DNA of 64,000 bases, taken from NCBI GenBank assembly GCA_963695225.1, contig OY968762.1:800001-864000 (forward strand). Reading direction: 5' to 3'. Both the position numbers and the translations under genes were made by a program. The DNA comes from Vulcanimicrobiota bacterium. Lineage in GTDB: Bacteria; Vulcanimicrobiota; Vulcanimicrobiia; Vulcanimicrobiales; Vulcanimicrobiaceae. The stretch's first letter is position 1. The number at the start of each line of letters is the position of its first letter. Under the pieces are notes generated by a model, which had not been told where the DNA came from, searched no databases, and saw only the letters and a program-made list of their open reading frames with translations. Positions 38,697 to 48,618 of the stretch are shown piece by piece.

Positions 38697-39964
38697 CTTT
38701 CCCCCGCGATCAGGCCGTTCACCGTGTTCGCCGCATCGTGCAGCGCGTCGGCTGCGGTCGCTTGCCCGGCAAGCGAGCGCTGTAGGGCGTTGAACAAGGC
38801 TTGCTGAGCCGCGAGCCCGTTCTTCCCGGGGAACGACGTCCACGGCACGGTGTCGGCGGTCTGCTTGATCGCGATCCGCTCGATCGGGTTCGATTTGAGG
38901 AAATCGCCGAGCGGCCGTTCGTCGTTGTTGAAAGGGATGTAGCCCGTGCCCTTGGTCCACACCGCGAACGCTTCCGGCGATTCGAGGAATTGGATGAACT
39001 TCAGCGCGGCATCGCGTTTGGCGGGGTCTTGCGAGAAGACCATGAGCACGTTCCCGCCGCCGGGGAGGCGAGCCGGCGAGCCCGCGAACGTCGGGAAGGT
39101 CGTCCCGCGCAGATCGAACGTCGCGTTCTTCTGCAGGTTGTTGCGCTTGCCGATCGTCGTCACGAACGTCGCGACCTGCCCGGCCAGGAACGCCTGTTCC
39201 CCCTGGTTCCACAGCACGTTCAGCGCGTTTCCGTTCTTGACCTGATCGGCCCAGAACTGGATGCCGGCCGCCGCTTTCGGCGAATCGAACGCGGCCTTCC
39301 ATTGACCGCCGCTGCACTGCAGCATCCGGCCGCCCGCCGATTCGATCATCGATTGCGTCGACCAGTTGTCGTCGAGGACCTGAATGTAGATCCCCGGCTT
39401 GCCCGTCTTCTGTTTGATGACGGTCGCGGCTTTCGCCCAGTCATCCCACGTCTGCGGCGGGGAATCGGGGTTGAGCCCGGCGGCCTTGAGCATATCGGCG
39501 TTGTAATACGTCAGGATGTTCGAAAGCGCATACGGCATCCCGACGAGCTTCCCGTTGCGCGTGCCGAGGCGTTCGACGCTCTTGGGGAAGTTCGCGAGAA
39601 ACGCGGTCTGTTGCGCGCCTAGGAGATCGCCGACCGGCACGTACGGGAAGTTCTTCGTGACGTAGTCGACGTACAGGTAGCCGATCTGCGCGACGTCGGG
39701 CGGATTCTTCGCCGCGATGCGCGTCTGCAGGTTCTCGAGCAGACCGGTATAGGTGTTCGGCTGGAAGTGTTCCTCGACCGTGATCCCCGGATATTTCTGT
39801 TGGAACATCGCGACCAGCTCGCGCACCGCGGGCCCGCCGAACGACTCCGTGTTGACGTGCCAATACTCGATCGTCACGGGCTTCTGGTCGTCGGCGAGAG
39901 CGGTCCCGACTCCGGCGCCCAGCGCGCACGCCAAAGCGAGCGCAAAAAGACGAAGACGCTTCAC
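38684..39964 (-). CDS. ABC transporter substrate-binding protein (UgpB-like, family 1)
   Basis: Signal peptide, IEYWH, PPDVAQ, YYNADML..PPQTWDD, TGYIP; GGAGG RBS. Confidence 0.9.
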   Translation of the reverse strand: MKRLRLFALALACALGAGVGTALADDQKPVTIEYWHVNTESFGGPAVRELVAMFQQKYPGITVEEHFQPNTYTGLLENLQTRIAAKNPPDVAQIGYLYVDYVTKNFPYVPVGDLLGAQQTAFLANFPKSVERLGTRNGKLVGMPYALSNILTYYNADMLKAAGLNPDSPPQTWDDWAKAATVIKQKTGKPGIYIQVLDDNWSTQSMIESAGGRMLQCSGGQWKAAFDSPKAAAGIQFWADQVKNGNALNVLWNQGEQAFLAGQVATFVTTIGKRNNLQKNATFDLRGTTFPTFAGSPARLPGGGNVLMVFSQDPAKRDAALKFIQFLESPEAFAVWTKGTGYIPFNNDERPLGDFLKSNPIERIAIKQTADTVPWTSFPGKNGLAAQQALFNALQRSLAGQATAADALHDAANTVNGLIAGESCTP

Positions 39965-40084
39965 ATCCAGCCTCCGTATGCATGCCGCACAGCGCGACGC
40001 CGAGAGTATAGCGCGGGCACTTTAAGACGACATCAAGGCCGAGGCTAGAACCAGCCGCCGGCCCCTCGCGGCAGGCGAGCGCGG

Positions 40085-40714
40085 TCAGCTCACCGAGAAC
40101 AGCGATTCTTTTGCGAAGCGTTCCCGCAAGAAGCGGCCGTTGGTGAGCAGTGCCTGGGCGTCGTTCGTGGTGAGGTTGGCCGCGATCTCCTTCATCTTGC
40201 CGTCGAGCACGGTCAATTGCTCGTAGAGCAGGGTCTTCGCGGTCTTTCCGTCCGCAACGGGTTGCAAGTTCCGGTAGGCCGCCGGCAGCTTCAGATAGCC
40301 CTCGATCGTCTCCGGCAGATAGTGCAGCGCGGTCTGGCGGATCGTATACGCATCCTGATCCCCGGCGCCGTGCGACTTGTCGTCCAGCATCGGGAGGATC
40401 GCGTCGATCGACGATTCTAGGCTCTTCACGAGCGCGAGCACGTCGGGCGGGAGCAGTTTCCCGACCCGCCCCACGAACGCCGCAAGTTGGGCCTTCACTT
40501 CGTCGGCGGTCATGCCGGCCTCGAACGAGGCGGGATCGACCTGCGGCTGGCCCGGGGTCGCGAGAAAGCCTATGCCGTAGGCCCCCGCGACGATCTCCGG
40601 CCAATAATCGTGGATCGCTCCCGTGAAGAACGCGCCCAGCGCCGCCAAGCCGAGGACGCAGCCCGCGATGTTCTTGTTGCTATAGACGAAGAGCAGAAAC
40701 GGCGACGGTGTCAT
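40085..40714 (-). CDS. Membrane protein with an XpaC-like C-terminal domain
   Basis: Two N-terminal TMs; YLPETIEGYLKLP..NGRFLRERF; last gene of the TelA operon. Confidence 0.65.
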   Translation of the reverse strand: MTPSPFLLFVYSNKNIAGCVLGLAALGAFFTGAIHDYWPEIVAGAYGIGFLATPGQPQVDPASFEAGMTADEVKAQLAAFVGRVGKLLPPDVLALVKSLESSIDAILPMLDDKSHGAGDQDAYTIRQTALHYLPETIEGYLKLPAAYRNLQPVADGKTAKTLLYEQLTVLDGKMKEIAANLTTNDAQALLTNGRFLRERFAKESLFSVS

Positions 40715-42297
40715 TGATAGCCGCGGATCTCTTTGAATACGTTACTGAGCGACTCGTGCTTGCCGTCGAACATCCGCCCGCCCGTGATCTCGGCGAGATG
40801 CTGGAGCGCGACGCTATCGCCTTCGCCGAAAAGAATCGGGAAGATCTTGACCCGCTGCTCCGGCGGCAGCGCGGCATACTTCCGCTCGAACGTCGCCGCA
40901 TCGTCGCAGCGGTTGTTCTCGCCGTCCGTCATCAAAACAATCGAATAGTAGCGCGCGCCCTCGCTCCGCCGCGACTGCTGCGCATCCGCCAGCGCCTCCT
41001 CGAGCGCGCAGTAGATCGCGGTCGACCCGCCGGGCTGGAGGTTGTCCGCGTACGTCTTCACGGCGCCGAGCGTCGCCGTATCGTCGGAGGAGTGCATCTC
41101 GAGATCGACCGGCGCCGTCGTCCCGTCGGAAAAGGAGATCAGCGTGATCTTCTCGCGATTCTGGAAGCGCGCGAACTTCCCGGTGAGCGTGGAGTCGCCG
41201 CCCGCAAGCGTGTAGAGCGCGTGCCGGACGCCGTCGATGCGGGCGCCCTTCATAGAGCCGCTGGTGTCGAGCACGTAGAACGAGTGCGCCGGGACCCGAT
41301 TCTCGTTGAGGTACCGCAGCAGCACGCCGTCGACGGTCGCGAGCGAATTCGGAAACGCGATCTCGTTGCGGACGCCGGTGGGGAACTCACTCGCAAGCTT
41401 GACGTTGGGGTTGACGGGGCGGCGCTCGGTCCGGTCCATCACGAGCTGCTGGAACTCGTCGCCCACGAGATACGCCGCGACCTTGTCGTAGAGCGCCCGC
41501 TTGGAAGCGTCCAGCAGCAGCAGCGGGTAGTCCGCCGTCACCACGCCTTCCTTCGGATAGATCAGGACGAGCTTCTCCTTCAGTTGCGAGCCCTTGTCGA
41601 GCGCGAGGAGGTTCGCTTCGTAGTTGACGATGCCGTCGAGCTGGTCTTGGTCGCGCACGTACGCGTCGACGAGCCAGCCCGAGCTTCCGGCCGTCAGCCG
41701 CTGCCCTCGGAAGAACGAGCGCAGCAGGGACGAGTCGACGTCGCCGGCTCGCAGCACGTCGCCCGTCCCCGCGAACGCCGTCGCGACCGCGATCACGGCG
41801 CTGAAGCCGCTGTTCGAGCTCGTAGGGTTCGTCATCGCGTAGCGGAAGCTGCCGTCGGCCGCCTTCGCTTCGATGGTCTTCCACGAGGTTTCGGGCGTCC
41901 AGCCGAAGCGGCTCGCGACGCTCTGCTTGACGCCGATGACGACCGGCGAGAGCATGATCCGTTCTTGCGCCTTGACCCGGTGCTGCTTGTCGGCCAGCAG
42001 CAGGTACTTGTCGTTCGCGAACCAGGCCGCGTCGAAATGCTCGCCGTTGCGGATCCGGTCGATGCCGGCCAGCGTGCCGCTGTACTCGGGGACGATCTGC
42101 ACGCCCGTGCGCTCGCGGATCTGGCCGAAATACGGCTCGAGATCCTTGAGTTCGGACCCTGCGATCACGTGCAGCGTGCTCGACGCATCCGGGGCCGGCG
42201 TGGCCGTCCCGCTGCCCTGCGACGACGAGCCGCCGCAAGCGGTCACCAGGAGGCACGCGAGGAGTGCCCCGGCGAGCGCGCCGAGCCGCTTACGCAT
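40711..42297 (-). CDS. Lipoprotein: solute-binding domain plus vWA domain
   Basis: Lipobox VTAC, GSELKDL, TNPTSSNSG, MIDAS DTSGS, T (GSTAIY), MTDGENN. Confidence 0.88.
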   Translation of the reverse strand: MRKRLGALAGALLACLLVTACGGSSSQGSGTATPAPDASSTLHVIAGSELKDLEPYFGQIRERTGVQIVPEYSGTLAGIDRIRNGEHFDAAWFANDKYLLLADKQHRVKAQERIMLSPVVIGVKQSVASRFGWTPETSWKTIEAKAADGSFRYAMTNPTSSNSGFSAVIAVATAFAGTGDVLRAGDVDSSLLRSFFRGQRLTAGSSGWLVDAYVRDQDQLDGIVNYEANLLALDKGSQLKEKLVLIYPKEGVVTADYPLLLLDASKRALYDKVAAYLVGDEFQQLVMDRTERRPVNPNVKLASEFPTGVRNEIAFPNSLATVDGVLLRYLNENRVPAHSFYVLDTSGSMKGARIDGVRHALYTLAGGDSTLTGKFARFQNREKITLISFSDGTTAPVDLEMHSSDDTATLGAVKTYADNLQPGGSTAIYCALEEALADAQQSRRSEGARYYSIVLMTDGENNRCDDAATFERKYAALPPEQRVKIFPILFGEGDSVALQHLAEITGGRMFDGKHESLSNVFKEIRGYQ

Positions 42298-43537
42298 TGG
42301 GAACGAGCTTGACCACGCCGTCCTGCGTGGTCGAGCCCTCGAGACCGGCGACGGCCTCGCGCGCGGTCGCCGCCCGCGTCTTGTCGAGGTACGTCTGGGC
42401 CTTCTCGACCTCGCTCGAGAGCGTCTCGACCGTCTGCTGCATGCTGGCGAGCGCCTTCACCTTGTAATCGGCGACGGCGTCCATGGTCGCGTAGACGTTG
42501 TCGAACGCGCGCTGCAGCTGCGCGACGTTCACCGTGGCCCCGGAAGCCTGCTCGTAGATTCGCCCCGTCTGCTGGCGCAGCATCTGCGCCGTCGATTCGA
42601 TCAGATTCCCCGTCGTCGTGTTGAGCGCGGAGATCTGGTCGAGCACGAGCTTCTCGTTCGTGAGCGCCTGCGCGACGATGATCGCCGTGCGCAGCGCCGC
42701 AACCGTCGTCGTCGTCGCGCGGTCGACGCCTTTGATCAGCTCCACGTTGTTCTTCTTGATCAGGTCGAGCGCGAGATAGCCTTGCACGTTGACGGCCATC
42801 TGCGTCAGCAGGTCCGTGACTTTCTGCCGCGTGTAGAACAGCACGTCCTCGCGCAGGATCTTCGCACGCGCGGGGTCCGTCTTATCGAGCTCGTCGAGGC
42901 GCGCGGAGAGCGCCGCATCCAGCTTCTTTCCGAGATAGATGAACTGCTCCAGGCGCTGCATCAGCGCCCACATCCGCGCCTTCTCCTGTTCCACGGCGGC
43001 GTTGTCTTTCTGCAACTCGTCCTTGCTTCGGTAGAGCGTCTCGATGATCGCATTCAGGTGCGATTGAGAGGAACGGTAGCTGTCGAAATACGCCGTGACT
43101 TTCGAACCGAGCGGGATGAGGCCGAGCAGCTTGCGCGGCGCGAAGAGGTCGCCTTGCCGCGAAGGATCGAGCCGTTCGACCGTCTGGCGCAGGTCGAGCA
43201 GGCTCTTGGCCACGGGCGATTGGGCGTTGAAGATGCCGTCGCCCATCGCGTTCACCGGCCGGTCGAGCATCCGGTTCGACATCGATGCGGCCTGCGCGAT
43301 CTCCGCGCTCCCAAGGGTGCTGATCGCATCGACGCGCGCTTTGAAATCCGCGCCGTTGACGTCGAGGCTCGTCACGTCTCCGACGAATTGCGCGATCTGA
43401 GCGTCGAGCTTCGCCGTCTCCTCTTTACTGAGCGGGACCGCGGCCTCCGTCTGCGCAGGAGCTACGGCCGCGACGGGGGCCGGCGGGGTCAAGACGAGCG
43501 CATCGGTAGCGGGCTGCGTGGAGTGATCGGTTGACAC
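42290..43537 (-). CDS. Toxic anion resistance protein (TelA family)
   Basis: LLDLRQTVERLDP, KLLGLIP, NNVELIKGVDRATTTT. Confidence 0.88.
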   Translation of the reverse strand: MSTDHSTQPATDALVLTPPAPVAAVAPAQTEAAVPLSKEETAKLDAQIAQFVGDVTSLDVNGADFKARVDAISTLGSAEIAQAASMSNRMLDRPVNAMGDGIFNAQSPVAKSLLDLRQTVERLDPSRQGDLFAPRKLLGLIPLGSKVTAYFDSYRSSQSHLNAIIETLYRSKDELQKDNAAVEQEKARMWALMQRLEQFIYLGKKLDAALSARLDELDKTDPARAKILREDVLFYTRQKVTDLLTQMAVNVQGYLALDLIKKNNVELIKGVDRATTTTVAALRTAIIVAQALTNEKLVLDQISALNTTTGNLIESTAQMLRQQTGRIYEQASGATVNVAQLQRAFDNVYATMDAVADYKVKALASMQQTVETLSSEVEKAQTYLDKTRAATAREAVAGLEGSTTQDGVVKLVPNA

Positions 43538-43556
43538 GTGTGTCTCCTTGGGGACC

Positions 43557-44675
43557 TTAAGCGTTGTTGAACTGCCGCTCGATATCGCGGATCATGCTCT
43601 CGAGGATCTCGTAGCTGGGCGGATCCACGACGTCGATCAGCGTATCCGGCGCGTGGACGCCGTTCTTGCGCCAGAAGTCCTTCGCGTAGGCCGCGTCCGC
43701 GGTGCGCAGGCCGTGCTCGGCGGCGAGGCGCTGCAAATCCGGATCGGATTCGAGCAGCCGGCCGACTTTCGCGCCCTTCTCGTCGAACGGCACGAGCTCG
43801 TGTTTCGTGTACACCGTCGGCTTGGGGTAAAGCAGGATCATGTCGGGGTTTCGCGCGTTCGGGTGTTCGATCAGATACTCGATGAACTGCGCCTCGTAGA
43901 CCATGACGAGCGGCGACTTGCCCATGCCGATCGTCGTGTAGTCCTCGAAGGGCCCCGCCGAGCTCGATTCCTGGTACCCTTGCCGCAGGAAGAGCGGCGC
44001 CGCCGCCGGCATGACCTTCGCGACTTGCGCCTCGTTCGACACGATCTCGTTGTCGTTGAGCAGATACGAGGCGAGCGCGAGATACATCGCCGCCGAATTC
44101 GATTGGCGCACGTCCGTCGACGAGACCAGGATCGATTTCCCGACGTCGTAGGATTCGTGGTGCGCGAGCTCGTTCCAGCGCTTTCGCTCCGTGATGAGCC
44201 GAATGAGCCCCTTCATATCGACGATGTAGTACTCGGCTCCGACCTGCTTGACGATTCCGTTCGCGATGAGGATTCCGCCGATCGGCCGCCACGACGCGAC
44301 CACCATGGGCGTGAAGAACGGCGAGAACGACTGCGTGACGTGCTTAGCCTGCATCAGCTTCTTCGCCGCCGGCACGCCCGCGGGGAAGCCGAAATCGTAC
44401 CCGGAGAGATCGGAACGGGTCGCGATGTCGCGGGAACCGGCGGTATCCACCCGCAAGTCGACGCCGTTGCGGCGCAGCACCGCGATGACGCGCGGGTCCG
44501 TCAGGAAGTCTTTCTTCTCGGAGCCGACCAAACCGCGTACGATGACGACGGCGGCGGCCTCGCGAGCCGCTTGCTGCGCCGCGCGCTGTTGCCCGGCCGA
44601 TATGAAAACGGCCAAGCCCACCCCGATGATGAGAGCGATCAGAAGGACGGGGGCTACGATTCTCTGGACCCGCAT
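43557..44675 (-). CDS. Membrane-anchored solute-binding-fold protein of the TelA/vWA operon
   Basis: N-terminal TM, GSEK, AGSRDIA, TPMVVASW, SNSAAMYL, YEAQF. Confidence 0.75.
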   Translation of the reverse strand: MRVQRIVAPVLLIALIIGVGLAVFISAGQQRAAQQAAREAAAVVIVRGLVGSEKKDFLTDPRVIAVLRRNGVDLRVDTAGSRDIATRSDLSGYDFGFPAGVPAAKKLMQAKHVTQSFSPFFTPMVVASWRPIGGILIANGIVKQVGAEYYIVDMKGLIRLITERKRWNELAHHESYDVGKSILVSSTDVRQSNSAAMYLALASYLLNDNEIVSNEAQVAKVMPAAAPLFLRQGYQESSSAGPFEDYTTIGMGKSPLVMVYEAQFIEYLIEHPNARNPDMILLYPKPTVYTKHELVPFDEKGAKVGRLLESDPDLQRLAAEHGLRTADAAYAKDFWRKNGVHAPDTLIDVVDPPSYEILESMIRDIERQFNNA

Positions 44676-44833
44676 GCGCCTGTTCCTACCTTATCGGCTA
44701 CAGCGGAGTTTCACTGCAGCGAGGCACACCGCAGTTGCGTCGCGACGCATGCGCTCGCGCCGCGCATCGGCGCACAATCTTATGAAGATTAAGACGATAT
44801 AAGGATTGCGGAACGTTGCTGGCCTATGCGACG

Positions 44834-44862
44834 AGAAAGCGGGACGGCCGCGCCGTCCCGCT
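44834..44862 (-). terminator. Putative terminator after the ferritin-like gene
   Basis: AGCGGGACGGC/GCCGTCCCGCT stem with a short T tail. Confidence 0.6.
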
Positions 44863-44885
44863 ACGAATTCTACCGTTTCGGTTCG

Positions 44886-45416
44886 TTAGGAGACGAAGTA
44901 CTTATACGGTTCGGTGCCCTGCTTCAGAGTGTAGGCGAGGATCGCGACGTGGGTCGTCTCGTTGCCCAAGATCGAGGCGGCCACTTTGGCCAGGCCGCGA
45001 TCCTTGAAGGACGGGATCACGGAGAGATACGTCGACGCGGCCTGACGCTCGACGCTCTCGGCGAAAGCCAGGATGTCGTTCTGTGTCTTCAGCTCCGGGT
45101 ATTTCAGGGCGGTGGTCTTGTCGTTCGGCGTGGCTCCGGCTGCTTTGACGGCACCGGTCAGCGCGTCGAGGTGTGCCGTGTGATCGGCTAGGAAGCCCTT
45201 GGCGACCTCGAGGATCGGTGCTTCCAGAATGTTGAGTCCGGCCGCGTCCTTGTACGCCTTGATGCCGGCGCGCTCGAGTGAGATCGCGACCTGCATGATC
45301 CCGATGTCGCCCTCGTCGGCAGCTTCGGCAGCGGCGATGAACGGGCCCAAGAGAGCGGGCCCAAACGCAGCCAAGGCCGTTCCGGTGGCGAGCAGCTTCT
45401 TGCGAGAGACATTCAT
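44886..45416 (-). CDS. Exported ferritin-like domain protein
   Basis: Tat-like SRKKLL signal; LERAGIKAY, DHTAH, ERQAASTY, ETTH. Confidence 0.8.
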   Translation of the reverse strand: MNVSRKKLLATGTALAAFGPALLGPFIAAAEAADEGDIGIMQVAISLERAGIKAYKDAAGLNILEAPILEVAKGFLADHTAHLDALTGAVKAAGATPNDKTTALKYPELKTQNDILAFAESVERQAASTYLSVIPSFKDRGLAKVAASILGNETTHVAILAYTLKQGTEPYKYFVS

Positions 45417-45773
45417 GAGTGCTCCCCTTTTGCGTGGAAGAACGTAGGTGTGAGCTTGCCCCGGTAGGGATGATTCCGTAGTGAAATTACTGCGTTTGAC
45501 TCGGCGGCGTTCGTCGTCGTTCCCGATCAATTGCGCTTCGGGCGATCTCACTCTCGGCACGGCGCTGGATTACTACGGCATGCGCTGCCGCAGGAAGACG
45601 CTCGGTCTGCGACCGCCTTTGAGAATCGCCTGCAGAGCTACGTTCCGGCGGTTCTCGATGGGAAGCAGAAAGTGTGGCGATTCGTCTTCCATCGCCCTAT
45701 AGGATAGCTCCGCAACCCAGTCGTTATGCGTGCCCTGAGGTGCGACGAAAGAGGGGCGCAACGACCGATCGAG

Positions 45774-45787
45774 TTGACAATCGTCAA
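45774..45787. promoter_or_regulatory. FNR/CRP-family-like palindrome TTGAC-N4-GTCAA
   Basis: Perfect 5-4-5 palindrome. Confidence 0.4.
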
Positions 45788-45805
45788 GTCCGAGCCGAAA
45801 TACCA

Positions 45806-46063
45806 CTAGGAGTTCATCCTACCACCCGCACCCGAGCAGAATGGGGTTGCCGAATCGTCACGGGGACGCTCAGGCTCGAGTGAGTCTGGCAGCATCGGTC
45901 TCGCGACCTACGAAGAGGCGAAGGCCACAAATCACCGCCTGGGTCAAGCATTACAACGAGTCGCGCCCACAATCGCGGCTCGACTATCTCCCGCCGGCCG
46001 AATGGCGCCGCTGACAGGCCGCAATAAACGCCTGATCCGTCCAGAATCCGGGGTGTCACTTCA
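45806..46063 (+). pseudogene. Decayed IS3-family transposase 3' remnant with right end
   Basis: Frameshifted pieces PEQNGVAES, WQH, TYEEAKAT, ITAWVKHYNESRP; ends GTCCAGAATCCGGGGTGTCACTTCA. Confidence 0.75.
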
Positions 46064-46182
46064 CCTTCGCGGCTTTGCCGCCAATGATCCAAGCGCATCG
46101 CCAGATCATGCCGCAGCCGTTCGGTATGATTCACGTCTTCATAGCCGGCGCGCCGGCATGCCGCTGAGCGCCGGCCTTCGAA

Positions 46183-47103
46183 TTACTTTGCGCGACGCAG
46201 CGGCGGAGGGATGTAGCGAAAGCGATCCCGTTCCCAACCGGCCGCATAACTGCAAGCACTGTAGATGCTGTCCAGGAACGACGCTAGCATACCGTCGGGG
46301 TTCATCGAGCTTCGAACTGCCTCGTAGGGAAGGATCCATTCCTTCGCCTGGTTCGACCACTCTGCTGCTGCGGGCAAGATCGGCAGCGATTCGCACCCGT
46401 CAGGCTGCGGGAAAATGTATCCGTAGAAAATCGGCGGACCCGCATCGTCTCCAAGATAGAAGCCGACGTTCATCATCTCCGTGTCCAGTTCGTACTTGGG
46501 AAGATAGCCGCGATCACCAGGCGCTTCTGCGTGCTCTCCGCTAAAGAGCAGCAGCGAGAAATCGAGCGCTCCCCACCACAGATACAAACCCATGCGGCCG
46601 GCAAAGTGAGAGCGCCAGCGATCGAGCGCCCCGCTGATCGATATCATGGCTCTATGCCAGCGTCGAGCCTCGAGCGGATCGAACAGCGCCGGGCGCCGGT
46701 CTACGTCGAGCGGCGTCCGATCGGCAATCTCTTGCGGTATTGGAGACAACGATGCGGCAACGCCCGCGGCCGCGAGGGCGCCGTGAAGCTCTGAGAAGAC
46801 GTGCGCAACGGTGCACGGCTCGCTCAGCGCAATACTCCTGCGCGCGCCGTCGCTGGATTCGAACGTCATTTCCACGGAGAAGACGTCAACCGACACCTGA
46901 ATCGACCTGCCGTCGTAGGGTATCAAACCGGTGGTAAAACCGCGCGGCGTCAGCGCGAGCGCGGTAAACAAGAAGTTCGGTTGGTGTGGTGAGAGTGCCA
47001 GGCGAAGTTTGCCGAGCATCTGCGCATACAGATGTAAACTTTTTCTTGTCGGTGCCCAGGAAGAGGCGTCGAGCGCTGGCCACGGGTCCGTCGGATCGTG
47101 CAT
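46183..47103 (-). CDS. DUF5996-like protein
   Basis: WPAL..W..T..SLHLYAQMLGKLRLAL, LWWGALD, FYGYIFPQPDG, EWILPYEAVR. Confidence 0.7.
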   Translation of the reverse strand: MHDPTDPWPALDASSWAPTRKSLHLYAQMLGKLRLALSPHQPNFLFTALALTPRGFTTGLIPYDGRSIQVSVDVFSVEMTFESSDGARRSIALSEPCTVAHVFSELHGALAAAGVAASLSPIPQEIADRTPLDVDRRPALFDPLEARRWHRAMISISGALDRWRSHFAGRMGLYLWWGALDFSLLLFSGEHAEAPGDRGYLPKYELDTEMMNVGFYLGDDAGPPIFYGYIFPQPDGCESLPILPAAAEWSNQAKEWILPYEAVRSSMNPDGMLASFLDSIYSACSYAAGWERDRFRYIPPPLRRAK

Positions 47104-47116
47104 TGCGCCGGCGGCC

Positions 47117-47887
47117 TTACGAGCGCTCGACCGGCGGAACGTAGTGCCCGTCGCGCCACTCAAGCGCCGTGCGCATGACGTGACGCAACGAGAGCAGCGA
47201 GCGGGTATATTCTTCGCACACTGGGGGGAGCAGGTCGGCGAGCCGTGCGATCGTCATCGTGGGCGGTTCGAGGCCGGAGGGGTAAGGGGCGTTCGCGGCA
47301 TTCAGCCAGACGGCCGTCAGCCCGGCGGCGGCTGCGCCGTGGATGTCGCGAATCGGGTCGTTGCCGACGTACCAGATGCGGTCTGCCGGCAGGCCGAGAG
47401 CCTTCGCGAGCGCGTCGAAGGCTTCTCGCGCTGGTTTTTCTACCCCGATGTCTTCGGAAACCAGCACGCGCCCCGTAAAGCCTGCACACGCAGCCTCGCG
47501 CTGTGCGATGCGGGACCAGCCGTTGCAAAGGACCGCCGTGGGAATGCCCAGCGAATCGACGCGGTCCAATAGCTGCCGGGTTTCAGCCGACGCTGCGATA
47601 GAACGCGCGGCATTTCGGTCGGCGATTTGGCGGAAGCGCGTGATGAGGGCAAATCCCGACATCGACCCGCCCAGGAGGGCGGCGGCCGTGTCTGCCAGTC
47701 GGGCGGGCTTCATCATCGCGCCTGTGCCGGCCGGGAAGAGCTCGTTTGCCGCCTCCGTCGCATCGCCTGTCCGGAACGGCTCGCCCTGCGCCGCCCAGCG
47801 CTCTCGCAGAAGCTCGATGAAGGCCTCGCGCTCCAAAGGCAGCGGGGCGGTCAGCGTGCCACGTAGCGCGAACCCCAGACCGATCAT
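47117..47887 (-). CDS. HAD-superfamily protein with a degenerate motif I
   Basis: EKP, YVGNDPIRDIHGAAAAGL; motif I reads FALRGTL instead of FDxDGTL. Confidence 0.75.
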   Translation of the reverse strand: MIGLGFALRGTLTAPLPLEREAFIELLRERWAAQGEPFRTGDATEAANELFPAGTGAMMKPARLADTAAALLGGSMSGFALITRFRQIADRNAARSIAASAETRQLLDRVDSLGIPTAVLCNGWSRIAQREAACAGFTGRVLVSEDIGVEKPAREAFDALAKALGLPADRIWYVGNDPIRDIHGAAAAGLTAVWLNAANAPYPSGLEPPTMTIARLADLLPPVCEEYTRSLLSLRHVMRTALEWRDGHYVPPVERS

Positions 47888-47919
47888 CGAGCACCGCCGA
47901 GCATGAGAGGTTCTGAGCT

Positions 47920-48618
47920 ATGAACGCGCACGATCCGAATCCTGCTGAAAACAAGGTCTGGTACTTGAAGAAGTCGCGATTGTTCAGCGCGGCAACCGAC
48001 GACGTGGTGCGCGAGTGCGAGCATTATTTCACGCAGGTCGCCTTCAAGCGCCGGCAGCCGATCTTCGAGCAAGGCGATCCCGGCCGACTCGTGTACCTCG
48101 TGAAGAGTGGGCGCGTGCGAATCGCAAGAGCGACTGAGGACGGCAGCGATCTTACCATCGCGATTCTCGGCCCGGGCGATCTGTTCGGCGAAGAAGTCGC
48201 CTTTCACGAGGTCGTCCGCACGACGTGCGCGGTGTGCGTTGAAGACTCCATGCTCTGCTCCGCGAACGGTAAGGATCTCTTCGAGCTCATGACTCGGCAT
48301 GCTGCGCTCGCCGTCAACATTGCTCGATACCTTGGCGAACAACGGGACCAGGCACTTTCGGTCGCCGAGGATCTAGCATATCTCAAAGTTCCCGAACGCC
48401 TTACGCGGCTGCTCGAGCGTCTCGCATCCGAGCATGGCAAGCCTTCCGGCGACGGGACACTCATCGACGTGAATCTGACGCACTACGATATCGCCTCCCT
48501 GATCGGCAGCACGCGCGAGACGGTGTCTCTGCAAATGAAGCGTTTGGAGAACGAAGGACGCATCCGCATCGCAAGAAAGAGAATAGTCCTGCGAGACCTC
48601 GCCCCGATGCCGCGGTGA
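47920..48618 (+). CDS. Crp/Fnr-family transcriptional regulator
   Basis: IFEQGDP, GPGDLFGE, LTHYDIASLIGSTRETVS. Confidence 0.92.
   Translation: MNAHDPNPAENKVWYLKKSRLFSAATDDVVRECEHYFTQVAFKRRQPIFEQGDPGRLVYLVKSGRVRIARATEDGSDLTIAILGPGDLFGEEVAFHEVVRTTCAVCVEDSMLCSANGKDLFELMTRHAALAVNIARYLGEQRDQALSVAEDLAYLKVPERLTRLLERLASEHGKPSGDGTLIDVNLTHYDIASLIGSTRETVSLQMKRLENEGRIRIARKRIVLRDLAPMPR

Noticed and set aside
45573..45806. 77-aa minus-strand ORF
   Set aside because: No RBS, no recognisable motif, and it abuts the IS scar
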